From: an uncultured Actinomycetota bacterium
Lineage (GTDB): Bacteria; Actinomycetota; Thermoleophilia; RBG-16-64-13
Reading direction: 5' to 3'
Length of the DNA: 64,000 nt
Assembly (NCBI GenBank): GCA_963803925.1
Contig: CAWDOM010000008.1
Coordinates: 85,154 to 149,153 of the forward strand
The notes beneath the pieces are model-generated. The model did not search any database and was not told the DNA's origin. It worked only from the letters and a program-made list of their open reading frames with translations. A program made the translations under genes and the position numbers. Position 1 is the stretch's first letter. Each line of letters starts with the position of its first letter. Of this stretch, positions 8,821 to 16,925 are shown in pieces.

Positions 8821-9548
8821 GAAGCCGGCCGCCGAGCGGCCCCGACCGTGGCGGCCGCGCGCACGAAGGCCACTATGAGCGGATGCGGCGCGTCGGGCAG
8901 AGACCGCAACTGGGGCACGAAGAGCGTGCCCATGAAGAACGGATGCGCCGCCAATTCGGCTATGCGGACGTTGCCCTCCGCATCTGTGCCGGCCACACGC
9001 AGACCGTGGTCGAAGATGCGATCGCGGAACTCGTTGTTGAGGCCGTAGTTGCAGAGAAACGTCTCGGTCACCCGATCGTCGCCGTATGCCTCGACCGCCA
9101 GCGTGCCGGGGGTGAGCAGCACTTCCTGCTCGATGCCCTTCAGCGAGCACGACAGCTTCGTGATGACCAGCGTCGGAGAGCCGGGGTCACTCTCCTCGAA
9201 CTGGGCGCCGGGGATTCCCGACACGTTACGTGCATGCTCTACCAGAGCATGTTGAAATCCGCCTCAGGTGCCGAAGAACGGCCAGCCCCGTTCCCGGGCG
9301 AAGCCGATTGCGGCGAACGCTCCCTCGGCGCCGCGGTAGGGGGCGCCGGGGGCGAGGAAGACGGCGTCGTAGCGCTCGAGCCGGGACGGCCAGGCGCCGG
9401 GTTGGATGCTGTCGGTAGGTATCCAGTCGCCGGTGACCGCGACACCAAGGTGTCGTGCCGCGTGTTCCAACGACTCGTTGGTTGCGCGATGGTATTCGGC
9501 CTCTGGTCTGAAATCACCCACTATGGCGATTCTCACGTGGGATCGCAT
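8817..9548 (-). CDS. CTP synthase C-terminal-region-like (class-I amidotransferase fold) protein with in-frame TGA at the nucleophile position; candidate selenoprotein
   Basis: Track ORFs 9264..9935 (from Met at 9548) and 8817..9224 share one frame and are separated only by TGA 9264-9266. Read-through gives MRSHVRIAIVGDF...ERGWPFFGT-[TGA]-GGFQHALVEHARNVSGIPGAQ...HPFFMGTLFVPQL. This aligns by eye to the CTP synthase glutaminase domain (GICLGMQ elbow). The start overlaps the GNAT stop by 16 nt, and the stop overlaps the kinase start. Confidence 0.65.
9233..9251 (-). promoter_or_regulatory. SECIS-like stem-loop downstream of the in-frame UGA
   Basis: The mRNA reads UGA-GGCGGAUUUCAA-CAUGCUC-UGGUA-GAGCAUG. 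This is 7 perfect bp with a 5-nt loop containing GGU, and the stem starts 12 nt after the UGA. Confidence 0.45.
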
Positions 9549-10582
9549 GGTGTGCTCCCGCTCTCGATGCTGTGTACGTGTCGATTGTGCCACTCGCCGG
9601 CGAGAAGGGCGAAGATAAGGTCGTCGGCCCACTGGCCCTTGAACCACGTGCTTTCGCGAAGGTGGGCCTCGCGGCGAAAACCCAGTCGCTCGAACAACCG
9701 CGTCGAGGCATGGTTGCGCGGGTCGACGCACGCGAAGACGCGGTGCGACGACAGGCATCCGAAGAGCCTGTCGAGTAGGCCCGCTGCAGCTTCGGCCGCG
9801 AATCCCCGGAGCTGGTATTCCGGCGCCACGGTGATGCCGATCTCCGCCTGCTGGGAATCCCCGGGCACAGGCCGGTAGCCGACATCGCCCGCGAGCATCG
9901 CGGTCTCCCTGAGGCGGATGCCGAATTGGCGCCAAGCGGAACCCTCGGTCGATCCGGCGGCTATGAAGGCCCGGGCGTCGTCGATCGACTCGGGGGCGAA
10001 GAACTGGTGGCGGCTCACCTCGGGATGGGCGCGGTACGCGAAGAGCGCCTCAGCGTCGTCGGCCGCCAAGGGCGAGAGAACGAGCCGGGGTGTGCCAAGG
10101 GCCCGCTCGCCCGCGGGTGGCTGCAGCGATTTCGCCATGCAAACGCTGAGCGGCGAACCCAGATGCCCCCCGAACGGGGCGATCCGGACGAAGCCGGCCT
10201 TGAGGTAGAAGCTCACCGCTTCGGGCTGCCGAACGCCGGTCTCGAGCAGCACCCGGACGGCGCCGAGACGTCGTGCCTCGGTCTGGAGCGATTCGAGCAC
10301 CGCGTGGGCGATTCCCCGGCCTCGCGTCTCGGGGGTCGCGTACATTCTCTTGATCTCGACGGTGGCGGCGTCGATTTGGCGGAGAGCGCCACAGACGACC
10401 GGCCATCCCCCCTCGTAGGCGACGAGAAAGGCGCCCCGGTCTTCCTCGACCTCCTCGGCGCCGAGCCTGAAGTGGGTGGAGCCGGCCTCCGGGTAGCGGC
10501 CGGAGAGTTCCGCGTTCAGGGCGGCGATCAGTCCGGCGGCAGGCGTCGAATCGAGACGCTCGTGGCGGATATCGATCTGCAT
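9533..10582 (-). CDS. Tandem GNAT-domain N-acetyltransferase
   Basis: Two acetyltransferase domains: ...VEIKRMYATPETRGRGIAHAVL... and ...ITVAPEYQLRGFAAEAAAGLLDRLF.... ATG at 10582 (MQIDIRHERLD) is preferred. A GTG at 10651 is the alternative start. Confidence 0.8.
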   Translation of the reverse strand: MQIDIRHERLDSTPAAGLIAALNAELSGRYPEAGSTHFRLGAEEVEEDRGAFLVAYEGGWPVVCGALRQIDAATVEIKRMYATPETRGRGIAHAVLESLQTEARRLGAVRVLLETGVRQPEAVSFYLKAGFVRIAPFGGHLGSPLSVCMAKSLQPPAGERALGTPRLVLSPLAADDAEALFAYRAHPEVSRHQFFAPESIDDARAFIAAGSTEGSAWRQFGIRLRETAMLAGDVGYRPVPGDSQQAEIGITVAPEYQLRGFAAEAAAGLLDRLFGCLSSHRVFACVDPRNHASTRLFERLGFRREAHLRESTWFKGQWADDLIFALLAGEWHNRHVHSIESGSTPCDPT

Positions 10583-11108
10583 GTCCAAGGAATCTGGCAC
10601 CTCGGCGAAAGTATATGCCGCTACGACGAGTCCGGAGGCACTCAACAGCACTCAGGCGGCCCGGCGCCTCCTCGGCCGGCGCCTCCACCTCCGCGACGAC
10701 CGCTTCGATGCGGCGATTGCGAGTGGGGTCGGTCTGCTCGATTCGAAAGGCTCTGTCCCACTGGCCGTTGCGCTTGGCCTCGTCGACGGCCATCGAGCCT
10801 GCGTCGGTCATGAGGCCTTGGGCGGCCAATCGTGCGACGAGGCGCACGTTGCTGATCGACCGCTCGCTCGCATGGCGCCTGGGCGTGAGCCGGACCGCCC
10901 AGCGTGAGTCGTCGACCACGCGGGCGGTGGTGTCGATCCAGCCGAAGCGGAGCGCCTCTTCTTGTACCCCGGCGATGGTCAGGGCGCCCGGCGCCTTCTT
11001 GCTTATCGCTACCAGGGCCTCGGCGGCCGTCGCGTGGTGCGCTTCGAGCCACGCCCGCCACTCCGCTCGCGACGCGAACGACAGGAGTCCAGCGGGGGCG
11101 GCCATCAT
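10050..11108 (-). CDS. YdeI/OmpD-associated family protein (only the N-terminal ~150 codons look genuine)
   Basis: N-terminus SFASRAEWRAWLEAHHATAAEALVAISKK...EEALRFGWIDTTARVVDD...RLTPRR...NGQWDRAF matches the YdeI family pattern. Beyond about 10650 the ORF turns Arg-rich and overlaps the well-supported GNAT gene in another frame. See findings. Confidence 0.5.
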   Translation of the reverse strand: MMAAPAGLLSFASRAEWRAWLEAHHATAAEALVAISKKAPGALTIAGVQEEALRFGWIDTTARVVDDSRWAVRLTPRRHASERSISNVRLVARLAAQGLMTDAGSMAVDEAKRNGQWDRAFRIEQTDPTRNRRIEAVVAEVEAPAEEAPGRLSAVECLRTRRSGIYFRRGARFLGHADRYPPRASRFDACRRTDRRPERGTLRPLPGGRLHPLQARRRGGRGRPGRLSRRLRGGMAGRLWRSPPNRRRHRRDQENVRDPRDARPGNRPRGARIAPDRGTTSRRRPGAARDRRSAARSGELLPQGRLRPDRPVRGASGFAAQRLHGEIAAATRGRAGPWHTPARSLALGGRRR

Positions 11109-11144
11109 CGGTCGTGCACGAATGGTTCGTACATCGTTCGCTCG

Positions 11145-11609
11145 TCACCTCATATTGAACCGCAGCGCCTGGGTCGGACAGACGTCGCTGCACATGGGGG
11201 TCGCACCCTGGGCGAGCCGGTCGGAGCAGAGATCGCAGAGGTGCATGAGCCCGGCCGAGTCGAACTGTGGCACGTCGAACGGGCAGGCCTCGAGGCACGT
11301 GCCGCACCCGTCGCACAGAGCCGCATCGACAGTCACGATGCTATCCACCGCGTCGCCTTCGCCGGCCGGCCGCCTGCGGAGCGCGCCGGGCGGGCAGGCC
11401 GCGATGCAGGGCGCGTCGGCGCAGTGCTGGCACGAGATCGAGTGGAAGGTGCGGGCTACATCGGGGAAGGTCCCGGTGGCCACTTCGTAGACCCGCCTCA
11501 GCTTGATGGTGGACGGCGCGATCTCGCGCCACTGCTTGCAGGCCGTCTCACACGAGAAGCACTTGATGCACCGCTCGGGATCGTGTGTGAATGCGAGAGT
11601 CTCGGGCAT
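11145..11609 (-). CDS. 4Fe-4S ferredoxin-type electron-transfer subunit (DmsB-like)
   Basis: 154 aa with four Cys clusters (CIKCFSCETAC, CQHCADAPCIAAC, CDGCGTCLEAC, CDLCSDRL...CSDVCP). Sits 3 nt downstream of the molybdopterin subunit. Confidence 0.85.
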   Translation of the reverse strand: MPETLAFTHDPERCIKCFSCETACKQWREIAPSTIKLRRVYEVATGTFPDVARTFHSISCQHCADAPCIAACPPGALRRRPAGEGDAVDSIVTVDAALCDGCGTCLEACPFDVPQFDSAGLMHLCDLCSDRLAQGATPMCSDVCPTQALRFNMR

Positions 11610-11612
11610 GAC

Positions 11613-13865
11613 CTACGCCTCTTCCAGTTTGCTGATCTTGACCAACGTCTGCTTGGCCATCTGCGAGTAGAACGTGTCGAACAGGGTCTCGTCGGAGCCG
11701 TAGAGGTTATTGACCTCGCTGCCGCCTTCGAACGAGCTGTAACCGGGCAACCCCAGCTCTTCGCAAGCCTGCCACCAACCACGCTTGGCCATGACCACTT
11801 CGGGCGAGATGCCCGGGAAGTAGCGGGCCACGAATCTGCTCCAGCCGTGCGGCGATTCCACCCGCACCCAGTCGCCGTCGGCGATGCCATACGTCTCGGC
11901 GGTGGTCGGGTTGATCTTCAACCACGGGTAGGGCTGCAGTTCGCGTAGGTAGGCCACGTTGTGGTGGTAGCTGTGCTGCGAGAGCCGGTGCGCGTGGACG
12001 TCGCTCAAGATCAACGGGTATTCCTTGGCCAACTCGGGCGTCTCGGCGATGCCCTCGGGAGGGCCTTTGTACTCGGGCATATAGGGGAGGACCGCCGTGC
12101 CATCGTTGCCCGGCCGCCCGCCGATGAGCTCGTTGTAGCACTGCACCTTGCCGTGGGGCAGGCCGGCGAAGAGCTGGTCGTACTTGCGGTACTGCGGCGG
12201 AGGCGGCTGCTGTGCCGCCGCGCCGGCCGGCGCCGGCGGCGGCACGATGAGCCCCTCGGGATTCTGACGCAACTGCTCGACGGTGGCGCCGAGAGGAAGC
12301 AGAAGCTCGTCCATGAGGCCGTCGATGCTGCCCTGCCAGAAGTGCTCGCCATAGCCCATCCGCACCGCCAGGTCGAGGTAGATCTCCCAGTCGCTGCGCG
12401 ATTCGCCGAGTGGCGCGATCACCTGGTTGTACGGGGCCACCCAGCGACCTCCGCTCGCCGGCCGCACTCCGAAGAAACCGCCTTGTTCGTAGCTCGTGCA
12501 GGCGGGAAGGACTATGTCGGCGAAGTCGACATGGGGAGCGTGAAACACGTCGACGACGAACATGAAATCGAGCTTCTTGAGGGCCTCGGCCACCTTGCGG
12601 GGGTTGCGGGTGGCCGACAGCGGATTCGAGCAGCTCGCGTTGAGGACTCGGAGCGGGTAAGGCTTTTCGGAAAGAATGCTCATGAGCCCTTTGTAGTAGG
12701 CGGTGGTGGGTCCGTCGTCCCACCGGCCGGTTTTCTGGTACCAGACCGGGCTTTCAGGCGCCACGAGCCGCTCGACCATGCCGGCGGGCGCTAGGTCGTG
12801 GGTGGGTGCGAGGGCCATTCCGGGGCGTCCGAACGGCGAGGAGAAGTGGCCGCCGGGCACGTCGAGGTTACCGGTGATGGCCGCGATGAGGTTGATGGCC
12901 ATCACGGTCGCGGTGCCGTCGTTGGTCTGGTCGCCGACCCCGTTGCCAATGCGGATGAAGGTAGGGTGGGTGGCGCCGATGAGGCGGGCGACCTCGCGGA
13001 TGCGCTCAGCGGGGAGACCGGTGAGGGGGGAGGCCCACTCGGGGGTGAGCTGCCGCACATGGTCGGCCAACTTGTCGAAACCGTGACACCAGCGCTCGAC
13101 GAACCCGGCGTCGTAGAGCTTCTCGCCGATGAGCACGTTGAGAAAGGCCAGCGCAAGGGCGGCGTCGGTGCCGGGCCTGACGGGCAACCACACGTCGGCC
13201 TTCGAACCGAGAGGGTCGAGCATCGGCCGGATGTCGACATATTTCATGCCGTTCGCACGCGCGTTCAGAATCGCCCGTGGAGCGCCCTGGTTGACGCCGG
13301 AGTTCTCGACGTTCGCGCCCCAGTTCACGAACAACTTGGTCTTCTGCCAGTCGTCGGGAGCCATGCTCATGTAGCCCACGGTTATCTTCGAGGCGGCCAT
13401 GCGCGGCGTCGCGCAGATGGCGCTATGCATGTAGTTGGGGCTCCCGTGCACGTTGAGAAAGCGTCTGCCGAGCGTGACCAGCACCGGCCAGAACTCTGGA
13501 GAGAGCACGCCATAGCTCTCGGGGCCGTAGGCGGCCTTGGTCTCGAGGAGCTTCGCGGCGACGGTGTCGAGGGCTTCATCCCACGAGATGCGCCGGAACC
13601 TGCCCTCACCCTTCGGCCCCACCCGCATGAGGGGGTACTCGAGGCGGTCGGCCGCGTAGACGAACTGTGGGCCGGTGAGGCCCTTGGCGCACAGCATCTT
13701 CGACCCAGGGACCCCGTTGTTGGCCGCCGCGGGATTCGCCTCGACCCGGACGAACCTGCCATCGCGAATGTGGCAGAGGAGGCCACACTCAGGGTGGTAC
13801 GACCCACAACCGTGGCAGAAGGTCGGGACGATGCTCTCGGCGGCTCCCGCGTGTCTGAATGACAA
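11613..13865 (-). CDS. Molybdopterin (bis-MGD) oxidoreductase catalytic subunit, cytoplasmic type
   Basis: 750 aa. N-terminal FeS motif CHGCGSYHPECGLLC. DMSO-reductase-family domain order through the C-terminal beta-barrel (YGIADGDWVRVESPHG). No twin-arginine signal. TTG start preceded by AAGGAGGAG. Confidence 0.9.
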   Translation of the reverse strand: MSFRHAGAAESIVPTFCHGCGSYHPECGLLCHIRDGRFVRVEANPAAANNGVPGSKMLCAKGLTGPQFVYAADRLEYPLMRVGPKGEGRFRRISWDEALDTVAAKLLETKAAYGPESYGVLSPEFWPVLVTLGRRFLNVHGSPNYMHSAICATPRMAASKITVGYMSMAPDDWQKTKLFVNWGANVENSGVNQGAPRAILNARANGMKYVDIRPMLDPLGSKADVWLPVRPGTDAALALAFLNVLIGEKLYDAGFVERWCHGFDKLADHVRQLTPEWASPLTGLPAERIREVARLIGATHPTFIRIGNGVGDQTNDGTATVMAINLIAAITGNLDVPGGHFSSPFGRPGMALAPTHDLAPAGMVERLVAPESPVWYQKTGRWDDGPTTAYYKGLMSILSEKPYPLRVLNASCSNPLSATRNPRKVAEALKKLDFMFVVDVFHAPHVDFADIVLPACTSYEQGGFFGVRPASGGRWVAPYNQVIAPLGESRSDWEIYLDLAVRMGYGEHFWQGSIDGLMDELLLPLGATVEQLRQNPEGLIVPPPAPAGAAAQQPPPPQYRKYDQLFAGLPHGKVQCYNELIGGRPGNDGTAVLPYMPEYKGPPEGIAETPELAKEYPLILSDVHAHRLSQHSYHHNVAYLRELQPYPWLKINPTTAETYGIADGDWVRVESPHGWSRFVARYFPGISPEVVMAKRGWWQACEELGLPGYSSFEGGSEVNNLYGSDETLFDTFYSQMAKQTLVKISKLEEA

Positions 13866-13957
13866 GAGCTCCTCCTTCGGCTCGCTTTCGAAGAGAGCAT
13901 AGCAGCCGTGGAGGATGGCTCCCAGGCCGGAGACCGTCTGGCGGCGCGGCGCCGATC

Positions 13958-14362
13958 CTAGAGCATCTCGATCTCCAGGGTCGCCTCGGCCAGCACGTAG
14001 CAGCGCTCCTCGTTGGCGTCAGGATCGAGCGGTTCCACGAAGAATCCGGGGCGGCCCGGCTGGTACCCCGCGGTGGTGCCGTTCATCACCTCTCCGTCTT
14101 TGAACACGACCCGGATCCGCCGCCCCATGGCGGGCAGGGGGTGGTCGATCGTGGCGGCGCCCTTGACGCGGTCGGGGTCGCCCGCCAGGTCTTTCACGAA
14201 GAAGACCGCCTTGAGTTGCGACACCTGGACGCTTACGGCCATGGAGCCGGCGGGCGCGTCGGCTTCGATCACGTGGAAGGCCGGTTTGCCGGGGCTGAAA
14301 TCGACGGTGGTGCCCTTGATGGTGCGACCGTCGAGGAAACGCGCGACCACCTTGTTGTTCAT
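13958..14362 (-). CDS. Hypothetical protein with internal tandem duplication
   Basis: Starts at MNNKVVARFLDG within track ORF 13958..14476. Two copies of the pattern h-x-h-x-F-x-DG-x4-GTT-x2-[FY]-x-PG-[KR]-P-x-F-x-V. High third-position G+C. Confidence 0.6.
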   Translation of the reverse strand: MNNKVVARFLDGRTIKGTTVDFSPGKPAFHVIEADAPAGSMAVSVQVSQLKAVFFVKDLAGDPDRVKGAATIDHPLPAMGRRIRVVFKDGEVMNGTTAGYQPGRPGFFVEPLDPDANEERCYVLAEATLEIEML

Positions 14363-14491
14363 CGTATCCCCTGTCTTGGTCAACGAGGCCGGCATACGTG
14401 GCTGAATCAGAATGTTAGCGCGTTTTGCAGCGCGAAACCGGGGCGGGCTCGCGCCCGGCCACATTCTGCCGGACACCCGGGCGCAGCCGGC

Positions 14492-15271
14492 TCAGAAGTT
14501 GCTCGGAAACAGCCCGCCGTCCATGAGGATGCTCTGCCCGGTGATGTAGCCCGCGTGGACGCTGCACAAGAAGGCGCACATCCGCCCGAACTCGACGGGG
14601 GTGCCGAAACGCTTCGCCGGCACGCTCTCCTGCCACGCGGCCACGACTTCGTCGAGGGTGGAGCCGGTGCGCTCGGCCGTGGCCGCGAAGCCTTGGCGCA
14701 GGCGTTCGGTGTCGAAGTATCCGGGCAGCAGGTTGTTGATGGTGACGTTCTTGCCGGCGACCGAGCGGGCGACGCCGGCCACGAACGCGGTGAGGCCGGC
14801 GCGGGCTCCGCTGGAGAGGTCGAGACCGGCGAGGGGCATTTTGACGCCGAGCGACGTTATGTTGACGACGCGGCCGAACCCTCGGGCGGCCATGGGGTCG
14901 ATGACCTTCTGGATGAGTTCGAGCGGAGTCACCATGTTCATCGTCAGTCCGGCGAGCATGGCGGAGCGGTCTATGGCGCGGAAATCTCGAAACGGGGGGC
15001 CACTGTTGTTGTTGACGAGGATGTCGGGCTCGGGGCAGGCCGCGAGCACCGCGGCCTGCCCTTCGGGCGTGCTGATGTCGGCGGCGACCGGCGTTACCTC
15101 GACTCCCGTCGCGCGCCTGATCTCTTCGGCTGCCTTCTCGAGGGCCACGCGATCGCGGCCATTGATCACGAGCGCCACTCCCGCCTCCGCGAGCGCTTGC
15201 GCGCAACCTCGTCCGAGCCCCCGGCTGGAGGCACAGACGATCGCCTTCCTACCCCGAATCCCGAGATCCAC
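14492..15271 (-). CDS. SDR-family oxidoreductase
   Basis: 259 aa. Rossmann motif VCASSRGLGRG, NNSGPP, and a downstream catalytic region typical of short-chain dehydrogenases. Confidence 0.9.
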   Translation of the reverse strand: MDLGIRGRKAIVCASSRGLGRGCAQALAEAGVALVINGRDRVALEKAAEEIRRATGVEVTPVAADISTPEGQAAVLAACPEPDILVNNNSGPPFRDFRAIDRSAMLAGLTMNMVTPLELIQKVIDPMAARGFGRVVNITSLGVKMPLAGLDLSSGARAGLTAFVAGVARSVAGKNVTINNLLPGYFDTERLRQGFAATAERTGSTLDEVVAAWQESVPAKRFGTPVEFGRMCAFLCSVHAGYITGQSILMDGGLFPSNF

Positions 15272-15280
15272 GCAGTCTCC

Positions 15281-15676
15281 TCAGTCGATTGCCTTGGCCG
15301 TTCCGGCTGAGCCTCCCGGCGGGCCGTAGAGCCGCCGGCCCTCCGCCGCCAGTTTCGCGAGCCAGATATCTCGCAGGGCCGCGAGGTCCTCCTGCAGGCT
15401 GCGCGCTGGATCGGTGGCTGGATCGAGCCGGTCGAGCGTCTCGAAGCTGAAGGCGTCGGGGCCGAGACGCTCCCAGTCGGCTTGAAGCGTCTTGTCGGGG
15501 TGCGCCCCCATCTCGAGCTGGAAACGTTGGCGATTGAGCATGCTCGGGAGGTCGACGGTGCTTCCGATCAGGAGCGACCCCTCCGCGATGTTGCGTACCG
15601 CAAAGACTCCCGCGGGCTTGGCGGTCTCCTTGTATTGGCGCCGGAGCGCCTTTCGGTCTACGGGTTCAGCGGCCAC
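15281..15676 (-). CDS. GIY-YIG-like small protein
   Basis: 131 aa. AGVFAVRNIAEGSLLIGSTVDL...NRQRFQLEMGAHPDKTLQADWERLGPDAFSFETLDRL resembles the short actinobacterial GIY-YIG family. Assignment is from pattern memory only. Confidence 0.65.
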   Translation of the reverse strand: MAAEPVDRKALRRQYKETAKPAGVFAVRNIAEGSLLIGSTVDLPSMLNRQRFQLEMGAHPDKTLQADWERLGPDAFSFETLDRLDPATDPARSLQEDLAALRDIWLAKLAAEGRRLYGPPGGSAGTAKAID

Positions 15677-15737
15677 GCATGTTCTTCCTCGCTATGTCTC
15701 AGCGCCGGCTGTCGTCGCGCGGGATACTTCCATGCGC

Positions 15738-16925
15738 CTACGCGCCGGCGGGCTTCCTCCCTCGCATGAGCAATAGGCCCGCGAGCAGCACGAGCAGCGC
15801 CCCGACGATCACGATGATCAAGGGGATCCACAGCTTGGCCCAGCCCATCAGACCGCTCTTGTCCTTGGCGTCGGCCGCGAGCTTCGCCTCACTGGCCGCG
15901 ACGATGCTCATCTTCTGGTTGAAGACCTTGCTCGGGCCGGCCTGGGCCAACTGGCCCGCCGCCTGCATGACTTGCTGGATCGCCGGACCCACGGTGGCAT
16001 CCTGCGCGTACTTGCCGATGATCGCGAACGCCTGCAGCAGGTTGGCCGTGTCCATCTGCATGGTGGTGGTGCGGTCGAAGGTGGCTCCGACAGTGGCACC
16101 GGTCATCTGCTCGATGTAGATCATGTCGGCGCCCTCTTGCTTGTAGACCAGCTTGACGGGCTGCTGAGTGACAGCCTGGAGGGCCTGCATGTCCTCAGGG
16201 GCGGCGACCTGGGCGAGGGCTCCGAGTAGGGCTTCGAGATCGAGTCCCTGGGCCTTGAGCTGGGCGCTCAGCTGCGCGAACGTGATCTCCATGGGGAGAC
16301 CCTGGCTGCCCAGGAAAGCCTGCGCGACGGGGGCGTAGTAGTCGGCCGCCGGACGGGTCGCGTCGACCTTCATGGCGGTCACGCCGAGACCGTTGTAGTC
16401 GGCGATCTTCTCCGCCACTTTCACATCGAACGCCTTGTTGACGTCGTTGAAGAAAGCAGAGAGGGATTCTCCGACCGATAGGCCGCCGGGAAAGAGCGGG
16501 CCGTAGTTGCCGACTCGGTCGTTCAGAACGATCTGCGGCGCGTAGGCCCAGTTCTGGTCGCTCTCAACGCACTTGCGACTCGAGCGATCGAGCGCGTACT
16601 GCGTCACTTGAGCCGGCCTCGCCTGCCCGCCCACGTTGAGCACGATGGTGTCGGAGCAGATGGCGGTGCCCGAGGTGTAGAGATCGGTCACCGAGGCGAA
16701 CGTGCGGAGCGCCGTGAACGGAACGGCCATCTCCTTGCCTTCGGGCAGCGGCGCTCCGGTGGCGGGATCGACGTAGTAGGTGAGCGTACCCTCGAAGTCC
16801 ATAGGGGTGTTGATGTCGCTCGGAAGCTTGACGAGCGAGGGCGCGATGACGGCCCACCACACGATCGCCACCACGACCAGCACGATCCCTACGACACCGA
16901 ACACGATGCTGCTTTTCTTGCCCAC
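15738..16925 (-). CDS. DUF3068-like (PorA-type) membrane-anchored protein
   Basis: GTG at 16925 is preceded by AGGAGGAG. N-terminal TM IVFGVVGIVLVVVAIVWWAVIAP followed by LVKLPSD. C-terminal TM WIPLIIVIVGALLVLLAGLLL. The track ORF extends 32 codons further upstream. Confidence 0.75.
   Translation of the reverse strand: MGKKSSIVFGVVGIVLVVVAIVWWAVIAPSLVKLPSDINTPMDFEGTLTYYVDPATGAPLPEGKEMAVPFTALRTFASVTDLYTSGTAICSDTIVLNVGGQARPAQVTQYALDRSSRKCVESDQNWAYAPQIVLNDRVGNYGPLFPGGLSVGESLSAFFNDVNKAFDVKVAEKIADYNGLGVTAMKVDATRPAADYYAPVAQAFLGSQGLPMEITFAQLSAQLKAQGLDLEALLGALAQVAAPEDMQALQAVTQQPVKLVYKQEGADMIYIEQMTGATVGATFDRTTTMQMDTANLLQAFAIIGKYAQDATVGPAIQQVMQAAGQLAQAGPSKVFNQKMSIVAASEAKLAADAKDKSGLMGWAKLWIPLIIVIVGALLVLLAGLLLMRGRKPAGA

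Noticed and set aside
11613-13865. Possible selenocysteine in the molybdopterin oxidoreductase (as in formate dehydrogenases)
   Set aside because: The ORF is uninterrupted, with no in-frame TGA. The candidate Mo-ligand region carries Cys or other standard residues.
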